NCBI GenBank assembly: GCA_023213395.1
Contig: CM041465.1
Coordinates: 57,295,741 to 57,359,740 of the forward strand
From: Cycas panzhihuaensis
Taxonomy: Eukaryota; Plantae; Cycadophyta
Length of the DNA: 64,000 bases
Direction: 5' to 3'
Shown: positions 25,210-37,483 of the stretch, one piece after another
Position numbering within the stretch: position 1 is the stretch's first letter
How the letters are laid out: each line of letters opens with the position of its first letter
Program-made: the position numbers and the translations under genes
The notes under the pieces: model-generated
Seen by the model: only the letters and a program-made list of their open reading frames with translations
Told to the model about the DNA's origin: nothing
Database searches by the model: none

Positions 25210-26300
25210 TTCTACGATTATATTTTTTCTTCAATTAATTGGGTAAATTTTCAAGTCATGATTGTAATGTCCACATTTTTAGTACATGTGTACACACTCA
25301 TTTCTAGCATTTTCATAAGGTCACTAAAACCCCCAGTATCCAAACTCTATATAGAGCACATATCTACCTATTATTTTTTTCCCTTTAGGTTGGGTCTTAA
25401 GTCACTTTTTTATAATAAGAGGGTCTTTCTTACCCTCCACATTTTTATCTTCTACTATAAGTGTTATTCTATCAGCCATTGTAGTTATAATTTCTAGTGT
25501 TATGTGTTGTTTCACAAATATCATACCATTTCTCCACTTTCTCGTTCTACTCTTTACATGCCTCATTATCATGACTACTTCTTGGCTTATGCTCCTTCTT
25601 TAATCTAGTTTTTCTTTCTTCTTTTTATGTGTTCTAGCCAAATCAATATTTAATTTGTCAATTTCATATTATAATACTTCTAGCTTCATGTTTCCCTTGG
25701 TCTTTAGGGTATTGTGGCATATTCTTTTTTATTAAAGCTCTTGAATTTCTGCTTTCAATAGTTAAAAACATTTTTTCATGAGTTGAGAATCCTTAGGTAT
25801 TATTGATTTAAGCCTCAAATTTCAATGCTAAGTTATTAGCTTGGGTAAAACTCAAAACCAAATGTTGCCTCAAGTGATCACGTAATTTTGCAAACAACCC
25901 ATCCATGAAGGAGTTGTACATTAGGTAGTTTGGGATGACTATACTTTTTCCATATTCTTGATAATAATTCTCATTTAACTTTCATAATCTAGGATATATT
26001 CTCTTGGTTATTACCTGATCTCTTTTAATATGTAGGTCATTACTTAATTACTATGTAACTTCTAAAATATTACTTAAAATTTTTTCTTTATATTATCCCA
26101 ATTAAATTGATTGGCTCCTAAATTCTTATAACATATTAAACTAACACCTCATAAGGTACATCTTACTTAATATGTTATATCATCTTCTTTAGTGATTCCT
26201 CTTATTACGACCATATTTGTAAGGAGGAAAAGATGTTCTGTTAGGCTACCTATCCCATTGAATATAAAATGACTCAAGGCATTGTTATTTTGATAGATGA
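25210..26300 (-). pseudogene. gag: gag of D
   Basis: FMDGLFAKLRDHL and decayed zinc knuckles (WYDICETTHNTRN; CGHYNHD); similar to the gag of A. Confidence 0.65.
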
Positions 26301-26594
26301 TTATCAGCAGTGTGTTTATTATTTTTAGCATCAAATCTATTTTACAATCCGCCTTTGATTCTCTTCATGTTTTAAATAATGGATTTGTACACGGCACTTT
26401 TGGTTATATAGGTATATCTATCCCTAGTGCTTGTATTGCTAATAGAGTGACTACCAAGAATGGATTATCATTTTTTGGTAATTTTTATGGTGGCTTATTC
26501 TATAAATACCTCGTGAAATAATTTTCCAAATGTATTGTGGGACCTTCCACTATCTTTTTCTCATTATAGGGCAAGCTCTCTAAGCATTCTTGTA

Positions 26595-28057
26595 TTAATA
26601 CAGTGCCTTCTTTAATTTGCAAGCCATATTTTCTTGTCCTGGTTTTATGTATCCTTTTGGTTGATACATATACACATCTTCCTGTAGGTCTCCATTCAAG
26701 AACGCACTTTTAACCTCCATTTGATAGATTTCCCAACCTTTTTGAGCAACAAGGATAATCACTGTTCTTACCGTGTTCAATTTTGCCACTGGTGAAAATG
26801 TTTCTTTATAATCGATTCCTGTTGTTTGAGTATAGCCTTTTGCTGCCAACCTAGCCTTCTATTTTTCTACTTTGCCATTTGGCTTCTCTTTTATTTTGTA
26901 TACCCATTTGCAGTTTACAATGGGTTTATCTTCTAGAATTGGGACGAGGTTCCATGTCTTGTTCTTTTGTATGGCTTCAATTTCAGCATCCATCGCAATT
27001 CTCCAATTTTGGAAGCTACTGGCTTCTTTATAAGAGTTTGGTTTAATGGAACAAAGCAATGCTTGAGGTTTCTGTGATCTTATTCGATGTTCAAATATAT
27101 CTCCTTTTGTTTCTTTAAGAGTTTTAAGATACCACCTTGGTACTCTTTTTGAGGTGCATTCTTATAATGATTTTTCTTCATCTCTGGAATTAGAGCTGCT
27201 ATCTGACTCGAGGTTACAACTACTGGTTAGTTGCTTATCTGGATTCTCATTTTCTAAAGAATCTTCTCCTCTCTCAATTCTTTCTGAGGTTATATCTGAC
27301 TTGTCTTCCAACTGGTCAGGACATATATCCGAATGATCTTCATCGATCTGTACTGTTGTATCAATATTTTCCCTTTTCTCATCAAAAATTACATCCCTGT
27401 TGACATAAAACTTATCTATTTTTGGATCCATGCACCTGTAGGCCTTTGAATAGTTGCTATATCCAACTATTATGCATTCTATGCTTTTATTGTCTAATTT
27501 GGCTATTTTCTTATCTGGAATATGAACATAAGCCTTATAGCCAAATATTTTCAAATGGCTTACATCAGGTTTGTGTCTTAACCATGTTTCTTCAAGAGTT
27601 ATATTGTCTAAGGACTGAGTAGGGCTTCTGTTGATCAAATATGCAGCTGTATGTATAGCTTCTGCCTAATATTTCTTTGCTAAATCTTTATTATTTAACA
27701 TGCAACGAGCCATTTCTACAATTATTCTGTTCATTCTTTCTACAACTCCATTGGATTGAGGTGTATAAGGAGTTGTGAATTGTCTTTAAATTCCATGTAT
27801 TTTGCATAAATAAATGAATTCGTTAGACATAAACTCTCCACCTCTATCAGAACGAACATATTTGATCCTTTGACCGCTTTCCAATTCACTTGCAGCTTTA
27901 AATTCTTTAAAATATCTAAATGTTTCTGATTTGCTAGATAGAAAGTACACCCAAGTTTTCTTAGAAAAATTATCAATGAAGGTCAAGAAGTACCTTGATC
28001 CATTTGTCGAGATGGGCGTAAACGGACCACATAGATCAGTGTGTATTAATTCCAATT
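26595..28057 (-). pseudogene. pol: Integrase and N-terminal RT of G
   Basis: LIHTDLCGP, RSDRGGEF, GIDYKETFSPVAK, MEVKSAFLNGDL. Confidence 0.95.
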
Positions 28058-28143
28058 TGTCATAGGTTGTCGTTACACCAAAAGCCTTGGGGTGATTTGG
28101 GAAGATGACTTCCTTGTGATAGTTAGCGTCACGCGCTCTAACA
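28058..28143 (-). repeat. 3' TRIM LTR (86 bp)
   Basis: TGTCATAGG...CTCTAACA, followed on the plus strand by the PPT complement CTCCCCT. Confidence 0.95.
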
Positions 28144-28293
28144 CTCCCCTATAACAAGGAGTCGGTTGTACCTACACGGATTGGCATGTCCACCACGGCA
28201 TTCTTCGGCAGGACACAACATCTTCATGGATATCCGGGTGTGCTACCATGGTACACAAGACTGGTTTTGAACCCTGGTCACTCTGATATCACT
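28144..28293 (-). mobile_element. TRIM internal region (150 bp) with PBS and PPT
   Basis: PPT complement 28144-28150; PBS complement CTCTGATATCA 28281-28291; non-coding. Confidence 0.88.
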
Positions 28294-28661
28294 TGTCAAG
28301 GGAATGGATCTAGGGATCTAGTGCACTAACACTACACAATGGCAAATAGTGGAGGGAAGCACAATGTACTCAACAAGAGAAATGCTAATAGCTTGAGCTC
28401 AAAGAGGAGAAGTGTAGAATATAATCACTCTCCATGTAATTTCAGCTTATATAATGATAATGCTCATTAGGGTTTGGACTTTGAGTTTTCCCTCCTAATG
28501 ACATTCAAATGAGATTACATGAAATTACAATGAAATAAACTTTATATCATTTCACTTAAGTGACTTAAGCATAGTCACCTTATCCTAAAGTTATAAACAT
28601 AAAAGTGACTTTATCTAATTCTAACTTTATGAAATGACCATGTGACATTAACATCGTCACA
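28294..28661 (-). repeat. Single Copia LTR inside H
   Basis: TGTCAAGGGAATGGATCTAGGG...GTCACA, homologous to the LTRs of element I, adjacent to the PPT complement ATCCCCTCCTT. Confidence 0.9.
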
Positions 28662-29118
28662 ATCCCCTCCTTAATGGCAGAAGGTCATTTTCTTTTATCC
28701 TACTCTAATCTATGAGGTCTTCATTTTAGCCTCATCATTACATTGAGAAAAAAATTCTACAACCTACAAGACACTTTTATGGGAAAACCCTCGGGGGAAT
28801 AAAAACCCATGGACTTGACTTCCTATTCTATGAAGTGGCTCCGGTGGCTCTTTGAGTGTAGCCAGATAGTCAAGCAGTACAAGTTGGTTGTGCAGCTTCA
28901 ATCTGCTGAGTCTCCATATACCGTTTCGTCATCCCCCATGCCCTTTCAGGTTTTCATAGGTTCTGATTTTCAAAACAAGTACAAAACAACTCCTTTCACG
29001 TCCATGAGGGGTTTTCACGAATGGGAGAGAGCAGAGACTTACTCTAATCCTTCCGCGCCCACAAGGGGTTTTCACGAATGGGATAGAGTATGCTAGTCAT
29101 GTGTACCATCTCCTTCAA

Positions 29119-32100
29119 TCAGTTGGAGATGGAGGCCCTAAGGCCTTGTCGAAGCTGTTCAAACTTCACCCTTTGCAGCGGTTTGGTGAAGATATCAGCC
29201 ACTTGATCTGCTGTGGGGCAATGTTCTAATTGTATTGTGCCGTCATGGACCAGTTCTCGGATCCTGTGGACTTTCGTACTAATGTGCTTTGTACGATCAT
29301 GAAAAACAGGATTCTTTGCCATGTGGATTGCTGACTGATTGTCCACATGTAAGCTCGTTGGACCTGTCTGGGTGATATCTAAAGTATATAATAATTTGCG
29401 AAGCCATATCACCGCCTTACTAGTCTCAAAAGTAGCTATGTATTCGGCTTCAGCAGTAGAATCTGCAGTGATTTTCTGTCGCCTTGACTGCCATGAAATT
29501 GGAGCTGTTCCAAGAAATGTGATGTACCCAAACGTTGATCTTCTTGTATTTTTGTCACCGGCAAAATCCGAGTCTATGTATGCTATATGTCTGAAATAAT
29601 TGTTGTGCTCATACAACAAACCAAGTTTGCTAGTCGTCTTTAGGTACTTCAACACTCGTATTGCTGCTTGCCAATGGTTCTGCTTTGGAGTTGTCATGTG
29701 ACGGGCAAGAATGCCAACGGCATGGGCAATATCTGGCCTTGTGTTGGTAACATAAATGAGGCTACCTACAAGTTGTCGATAGAGTGTTGCGTCTGCCTCT
29801 CGAGTGTCTTCATCGGAAAGTTTGGCATTAGGCTCCATTGGAGTATACACTATTCTGGCATCTTCTAATCGAAACTTGATTAGAAGATCATTGATATATT
29901 TTCCTTGGGAGAGAAAGATTTTTCCATTGCATTGAGTTATCTTAATTCCCAAGTAATATCTCATTAGTCTGAGGTTAGACAGTTCGAAGGATTTTGACAA
30001 GTCCATCTTTAATTTACTGACATCTTACTCACTATTTCTAGTTATCAGCATATCGTCCACAAAGATCAGGAGATATCTAACTTTGCATTTTTCTCTCTTA
30101 ATAAACAAAGTTGCATCAACGTCTTGATAGTCACATACCTCATATCCAAGTTGCCTCATTTTGTTGGACAACTTGGTGAACCAAGCGCGAGGGGCTTGTT
30201 TGAGGCTATATAGCGACTTTTTCAATCTACACACTTTCTGCTCCTGTCCTGCTATCTCAAAGCCTTCAAGCTGTGTCATATAGATTTCTTCTTCCAAATC
30301 TCCATTAAGAAAAGCAATTTTCACATCAAGTTGGTGGATTTTCTAACCCTATTGAGCAGCAAGGCCACAAGTGCTCTGATTGTGGGCCATTTGGTAGTTG
30401 GTACGAAGACTTCTGTGTAGTCGATACCTTCCCTTTGGGTGAATCCTTTAGCGACCAACCTCGCCTTGTGTTTTTTAAGGGTGTCGTCTGATCTATATTT
30501 ATTTTTAAACACCCATTTGTTTATGACTACCTTCATTCCCAAAGGCATATCAACGAGCTCCCATGTACCATTCTTGATCAAGGATTGGTATTCCTCATTT
30601 ATGGCATTTCCCCAAACTGTGTGTTTCATAGCTTCTTGGTATGATAGAGGCTCGTTATTTGAAGCAAGGTGCAGTTCTACTGGTTTAAGCTCTATGGGAA
30701 GTGATGTTTGCTCCCTTGCTCTGTAGGCACCACTTCGAGTGCCAGTTTTGCCTACCTCATCAGATCTTAAGTCTTTGTGCAACTGGTAGGCTTCTCGAAA
30801 ACCTTTGGTTGGGAATGAGGTTTTCATTTCCACAACATCCTGGTCTTCATTTTGATTCTAAAAAGGATCATGGGAGATGTATGGTCTGGAGGTTGATGAT
30901 ATTGTTGGAGAAGACAACCCTATAACTGAAGATGGTGAAGGTGGTTCTTCTACAACTCCTTTTCCTTTAATGCTTGACGTGGTGATTCCTGGCTATTCTC
31001 CCAAGATGGCGTTGGATTGGTGCATATTGGCACATGATCTGAGTCAAGGATAGTGTCCTCCAGGGCTCTATTATTAGATTCCAAAATTTTGAGTATTTCT
31101 TCAGTGTCTCCCCCCCCAAATGTTGGAATTTGTACATCATATTCCTAGACATCATTGTATCTATGAGATGGTGCTTTAGAATCAAGTTGAAGTAGTTGAT
31201 CCTCTGTCTCCACAAACACCACATCTCTAGTGATAATGATCTTCTTTAATGTTGGAATGAAGACCTTGTACCCTTTCTTGTTTATGGGGTACTTAACAAA
31301 GATGCCCTTTAAAGCTCGCGGTTGGAGCTTATTTCTATGCTTATCAAGAATGTGAGCATAACAAGTAGAGCCAAAATTTTTGAAGTGATGGACGATAGGG
31401 GTCCGTCTAGTCCTTCGTTCATTTGGAGACAGGCTTAGCTTCAATGGACTTATTTTGTTCATGCAGTAGACAGCAGTATAAATAGCTTCAGCCCAAAGAT
31501 ATGCAGGCACATTCTTGAAGACAAGCATAGCATGTACCATATCCATTATGGTTCTATTAGCCCTTTTAGCAACTCCATTCTACTAAGGGGTACCTGCAAT
31601 AGTTGTTGGATGCTTGATCCCCTGCTGACACAAGAAGTCTTCGAATTCATTTGAAGTGTATTCGCCACCATTGTCAGTCCTGAGACACTTCAGTTGATAT
31701 CTAGATTCCTTCTCTGTGAGAGCCTTAAATGCCTTGAATACTGTGAATGCTTCATCTTTTGATTTGAGAAAGGTCACCCATACCTTTCGAGTGAAGTCAT
31801 CAATAAATGTAATATAGTACCTCTTCCCTGTAAGAGAAGGGATAGGCATAGGCCCACAGATGTATGAGTGTACTAATTCAAGAGGTTGACTGGCTTTCCA
31901 TTGACTCTGGGGAAATCACTATCTATGGGATTTGGCAATAATGTAAGCTTCACATTTGAATGGCTTAGAGGAAAATCTGGGCAGACCTGGAGTAGAATGG
32001 GAGATTTCCTTAAGTCGATCAAGTTTGACGTGCCCCATGCGAGCATGCCAAAGAGCTTCTAGGGACAGCTTAGAATGAGTCAATGTGACATTATATGGAA

Positions 32101-33673
32101 GTTCTTATTCGACACAGATGGGGGCAACAACTTGGTATGCAAAAGAAAACAATATGGTTCTAGTCAGTCTAAATAGCTTACCTTCAAGTTTCCCAGTCAT
32201 TACCACAGAACATGAAGGCGAGTGAATAACATTAAGAACTTGATCATTAGTTGTGACACTCAGGTCGAATCCACGAGAGACAAGTGTGGATAACGACAGA
32301 AGGTTTTGTTTGAGATGGGGAATATACAAGACATCTTTTAAAGTAAAGTTGGGCAGGCCTGGGAGCTTCAAGCATATAGAGCCCATGCCTTGAATAGGTT
32401 GTGTCGACTTATCAGCCATGTGTGCTACTCCAGTGACCTCTGAATCAAAATCCTGAAAGAAGTTCCGGTGACAAGTCGTGTTGGGTAGCTCTTGTGTCCA
32501 TAACCCAGTCTGATGATGATATTGATGTAGGATTTGCTTGTCCAAGTGGTCGAGGTAGTGGCGAATAAAGCTGACAAATGGCTATGCCACAATGTGTCTC
32601 GATGTACCTCTAAGATATAGAAGCAATAGATGAAGTGGATGCTTCCCTACTTTGTTGAATACGTGCCTCAATGAGATTTGCTCCTGCAAATAAGTCATCA
32701 TGACTCTCATCAACATTGTGGGCTTGATGTTGCTGTTGTTGATGACGAGGCAATCTGTTGTAGTCAATACGGCAATCTTTTACAAGGTGTCCTTTCTTGT
32801 TACACCTTTGACACGTGGGAGCATTGTTGTTTGGTACATCTCGATTGTGATCTTTTGACTCTTGTTTTCTTCTTGACCTTGTTGTTCCCTTTGTTGTTGT
32901 CCCTGTTAATTTCCCCTGCCTCTTCCGCGACCTCTTCTTCCTCCGCTTGAAGATTAACCTTACTGTTTGGTGTAGTATACTTCCTCATCCATGTCAGCTT
33001 CAAAGGCTGCATTAAGAGTTGAATCTGAAAGTGAGAAGCTAGTAGTGAAGGTCTTGTCATGTTCAATAAACTTCTCAGCTAATGCTTCAAAGTTGAGGGT
33101 CTTCAGTGTGCCAAATGGCTGAAGATTTCCTAGTAGGTTCTTATAATCAGGAACATGCAGACTGGATTGAATTATGAAGGCCCAAGTTATGCATTAGATC
33201 TTAAAATCCCTATCAATGGCCTGTTTAATGGGGTGAAGAGCATTGATGGTTTCATGTGCTCGCCCTTTCTACATTTGCATCTCGTTCATCTTCAATACCA
33301 TATGAACAAACTCCAAGTCTGATCGAGTATCAAAGTTTCTTTTGAGGACTTCGAGGACCTTGAAGGCAGTGTCATGTTGCATGTCATCGATCAAGTTGTG
33401 CAAGGAGTAATCTGTAACTAGCAGAATCCACCTCACGATTTTACGGTCTTCAATGATCCACTGTCGCCGTTGTGGATTATGAGCAGGAGGAGCTAGAGGT
33501 ATGCCACCATTCTGTGGTATGGTGTTGGTCGCAGGTACTATCGGGGTTCACTCTAAGTGGTCTAGCTAGAGTCCCTCATACTTGGCTGTGTTCTTAACTC
33601 TCGTAAACCATAGATCCTAGTTCTCCTTCCCTTTTAACATACAGTTCATATTCTGCTTGAAGTTGGTTGACAT
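29119..33673 (-). pseudogene. gag-pol: Copia gag-pol within H
   Basis: RNase H YIDSDFAG...RTKHI...ADIFTKPL; RT KARLVAKGFTQREGIDY, IFVDDML; INT LRTDNGGEY; gag ATG at 33673; stops and frameshifts. Confidence 0.95.
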
Positions 33674-35799
33674 GGTGGTGTGAAAAGATGAATAAGAGTG
33701 ATGTATATAAATGTGTAGGAAAATGCACTAAGTAGAAGAAGGTGGAGTCACTAACACTTGTGACAGGTCTACCTGACACAGTAGGGAATAATAAAGTAAT
33801 ACAATGTAAGATGTGGAAGCAAAGAGATTATAAATAAGTATGTGATGTAAGTGATCTAATCAAGATAAGTGAGAAGGCCTATATAGAAGTTGGCATATGG
33901 GTGCACAGAACTGATAACCAAAGTGATGTAGGATATGTAACAAACCCAAACCTCTAACTTGTATCCAAAGTAGGTGAGGTGTCGATGCCTAAGGGGGCTT
34001 CTAGTATATGTAATTAATGGCCTTCACCTGCGATACCCCACCATTCCTTGGTGATGAAATCTAAGTAAACGTGGAGCCCAAGTATTGCCGGTCCTTACCC
34101 AGTTCACCAATGAGTAATGATATACTCTCTGAAGAGACGTACGTGCATGTCCCATGGCTATGATAGATATTGGCCCAGCTAAATTAATTATCTTGATTAA
34201 GGGTTTTTAGTTTTCCTAGATGGTTAGCAGGATAATCCATGATTGGAGGCTGTAAGTATGGCTAACCTGTCCCTCCACCACTATATCGGTTATGACCAGA
34301 CCCAGTATGAAACTCACACCTCCCTTAGGGCCTGGACTTCGGCCAACCTTGGTCTATTTCAACCAAGGCGAGTATGCGCATAAGTCAAGAACTGGTGGTA
34401 TAAAGTCGTTGAGATGAGTTGATTTTAAGGAAAGTGTTATTGTTCTCGAATGTCATGTAAAAATAACTAAAAACTGAATGTAAATGCTCCACTTAAGTGT
34501 TGTTACTGTGTCCAAGTGTAGTGATGATGTGTCCACTTAGTACCCAAATGGCACTCTATGTGCCCAAGTGGCACTCAATGATGTCTCCAAGTGCATGTAA
34601 CCTTTAAAATCATACACATGATGAGCCAAATCATCAGATATTGCTCTGATCCAGATGATTGGCTTTACAAAGGATTTAAGTACCTTGTTCTTTTTACAAA
34701 AGGGCCAAAATAGGCTTCCAAATGCCATAAAGGCTATAAATGTCTTTAAAAAACCCCTTTTATATACAATAATTTTTTTTTTTTTTTAATGAAGGGAAAA
34801 AAAAAAACTAAAATTTTGAGAAATACAATGTATGCTGAAAAATTAAACTTTCGTAGCTAAGTCTATTTGTTGGGTATTTGTCTGTCTATTAATGGCACAA
34901 ATTTTAAAAATATTAAAAAAAAAAAAAATTAGATTTGCTGCCCTTCACCTGCACTTTACAAATATACAAAAATTTTTGAAAAATCTTATCAAAAACAAGA
35001 AAAAAAGTTAGTTTTAGCTCGCGATTAAAATGTACTAGAAAACCTAAAAATTGTTATAACTTTTCAATGGAGCATCGGATTCATGTGAGACCTATCCCAA
35101 ATAATAGATCGGGACGAGGAGATCAAAAAACATGTATTACAGCAGAAAAAAATTCCTCAGATTTTTCTAGATTTGAGATTTTTTTAATTTAAAAAATAGC
35201 TATAAAAACAGGCCATTTGACCCCTTTAAACTCAAAATCGCGTATTGCTCCAGTAGACAAAAGTGCTTAGAAGGCCAAGACGCACCTACTGGTGAAATTT
35301 TGTGTGATTCTGAGCACTTTGAGTTTTGGTCATACCGCTGTACGGAAATCCGCATAGTCCGTACAACGTCCGTATGGTTTGATTTTATACTTTAAAATCT
35401 GCCTCTAATAAGTGAGAGTCACTGATTTCTTCTTCTGCAACTTTGAAATCTGATTTTTACTACAAAAAATGGTAAAAAATAGGCCAAAATGCCAAATTTG
35501 AGACTAAAAAAGATGGCTGGAAATTATCATCAACTGAGCAATTCTTGTGCTCCTTTAGGCCTATAAATATGATGCTTTTAAGTAGCTACACTCCTTCATC
35601 TTATTTGCAGAAATAAAATAGTATAACAACATATAATTTTGTACTAAAAATCTGCTATAAAAAAAGCTTTAAAAAATAGATTTTAAAAAAATCTCAACTC
35701 TTCACTTCACATGAATGGTAAAGAAGATGAGAACATAGCTTGCAATCTCCTTGCAAGTGAGTGTGGTACTAGGATCCACCCAATAGCTCTAATACCACT

Positions 35800-35885
35800 T
35801 GTCACAGGTTATTGTTACACCAAAAGCCCCGGGGTGATTTGGGAAGAGGACTTCCTTGTGATAGTTAACGTCACGTGCTCCAATA
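35800..35885 (-). repeat. 5' TRIM LTR (86 bp), preceded on the plus strand by PBS complement GCTCTAATACCA (35786-35797)
   Basis: Direct repeat of 28058-28143. Confidence 0.95.
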
Positions 35886-35890
35886 CAATT

Positions 35891-37483
35891 AGCATTGTGC
35901 ACGCCAGGTACTCTTTGAAAACAGAGTCTTGTGTTGTTTTCCCATCATACAACTTTTACATATAAAATGGTTAAATGAGATATCTGGCAGACCATTCACC
36001 ATGTTATATTTTTTAAATCTTTCTAACCTATCATGAGAGATATGACCATACTTCAAATGCCAAATTTCATTATTATCAGTACTATCTGCAGCAAAAACTT
36101 TTATATTAGAAATCATTTTGGTAGGGTCTTTATCAGGCACTATAGGAGTTGAAAGGAGTTTATACAATCTATTGCATTTTTCTCCTTTAGCTATAACTGT
36201 CCCATTTTTTTTATATCAAGGATATAGCAATATCCATGTTTATCAAATATTGTTCTTAACTTTTTATCACTCAATTGTGGCGGCGGAGATTCTTTTTTAT
36301 TCCAGGTATAAAAAAGACATTGCCAATACGTTGAATTTTTCTGTCAATGTATATGGCAATTTGTCCTATTCCCCTTATGTGTAAGGGAAAATTATCTCCT
36401 AGCTCAACAGATGTGTTGCATTCATAGAGTTTGATGATTTCAAACCATTCTTTGACTCCTGTCATATGATGTAAGGCGCCTGAGTCTATATACCAGTTCT
36501 CTATTATACTTGCAATTGCTGCCAGGGCTACAATAAAAGCAGTTTCAATCTCTTCTTCCGGTATGTCTTTTCCTTTGCTATAATTTTTGAATACCTACTG
36601 TTTTCCTTTCTGCACGTTTCTGGTAGCACTGATAGGGGTAATGACCTGTTTGGCCACAGTGATAACAAACATCAAAAGCTCTACAGTTACTTGAAAAGTG
36701 ACCTAGTTTTCTGTAGTTAAAATATACTCTGGCATTTCGAGGCAGATTGCTGATCATTCTTCCTCGTCCTCTTCCTTCCGTCCAACGTCCCCTGTGACTT
36801 GCTGGCATTCTTCCTCTTGATCTAGGATTAAAGTGTCATCTTCCTCTGCCTCCTATGTGAAGTTTCGAAATGAGTGCATCTTCAATTTCTGACTCTTCTT
36901 CGTACCTTTAATTTCTTTGCTCTTGAGTATACATATATCCTATGAGAGTATCAAAAGACATTGTGGCTGTATGTCCTCCTTCTGTCAACATATTTATCAT
37001 ATTATCAAAAGACTTTGGAAGTTTATTGAGCACCAAGTGAATTAGTTCTCTGTCCGTTAACTTCTCTCCTACTGTGAGAAGGGTAGTTTTAATGCTAGTT
37101 AACTTGGTTAAGAAATCTGACATAGTTTGTCCCTCTCTCATTTTCAACTTATAAAGCTCTTCTCTTAATGCCACAATTCTAGCTTCATTTTTTCTACTAA
37201 ACATTGAAGTCATAACTTGCCAAATTTCATTTGCATCTTCTAGGCCATCTACATAAACTCATAATGAGTCAGAAATCGAGAGTTTGAGGACTGAAATAAC
37301 AACATTATTCCTTTCCTCCTAACTAGTCAAGGTTGTTGCATCATCAGACTGATTTTCAGCCCCAGTAGTGATTTTCCAGGCTCGGTTTTCTCTCAACAAC
37401 CCTTCAATTTTGATTTTCCAGACACTAAAATTTATTTCTGTAAGTTTCTCACTTTCATTCAGCGAACCAGCAGAGGAGGCCAT
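35891..37483 (-). pseudogene. gag-pol: gag, zinc knuckles, protease and GAG-pre-integrase of G
   Basis: KLTEINFSVWK; LKMREGQTMSDF; CYHCGQTGHYPYQC; WHLKYGH...CKSCMMGK. Excising H restores WRAQC*LELIHTD. Confidence 0.93.

Larger units (their letters stand above)
13890..26590 (-). mobile_element. Element D: old, interrupted non-chromoviral Ty3/Gypsy; LTRs not identified
   Basis: Minus-strand gag (~26300-25210), protease (~24300-24000, LLRRPWL), RT (~22750-21830, CMNYKALNRVT), RNase H and INT (~19800-18706, continuing 15420-14870). Frames continue across insertions C and F1. Confidence 0.8.
28058..35885 (-). mobile_element. Element H: three-LTR TRIM/Copia chimera
   Basis: 86-bp LTRs at both ends (76/86 identical); perfect TSD CAATT (28053-28057 and 35886-35890); an internal unrelated 368-bp Copia LTR; two PBS and two PPT. 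Confidence 0.93.

Noticed and set aside
28058-28143. Cassandra (5S rRNA-containing) TRIM
   Set aside because: Only a ~10-nt GGAAGTCCTC match; the 5S A/IE/C box region is absent.
28920-28960. Hammerhead-like CTGA...CGAAAC on the minus strand of the H 3' UTR
   Set aside because: The core reads CTGAAAG rather than CTGANGA, and the homologous site in I lacks both CTGA and CGAAAC.
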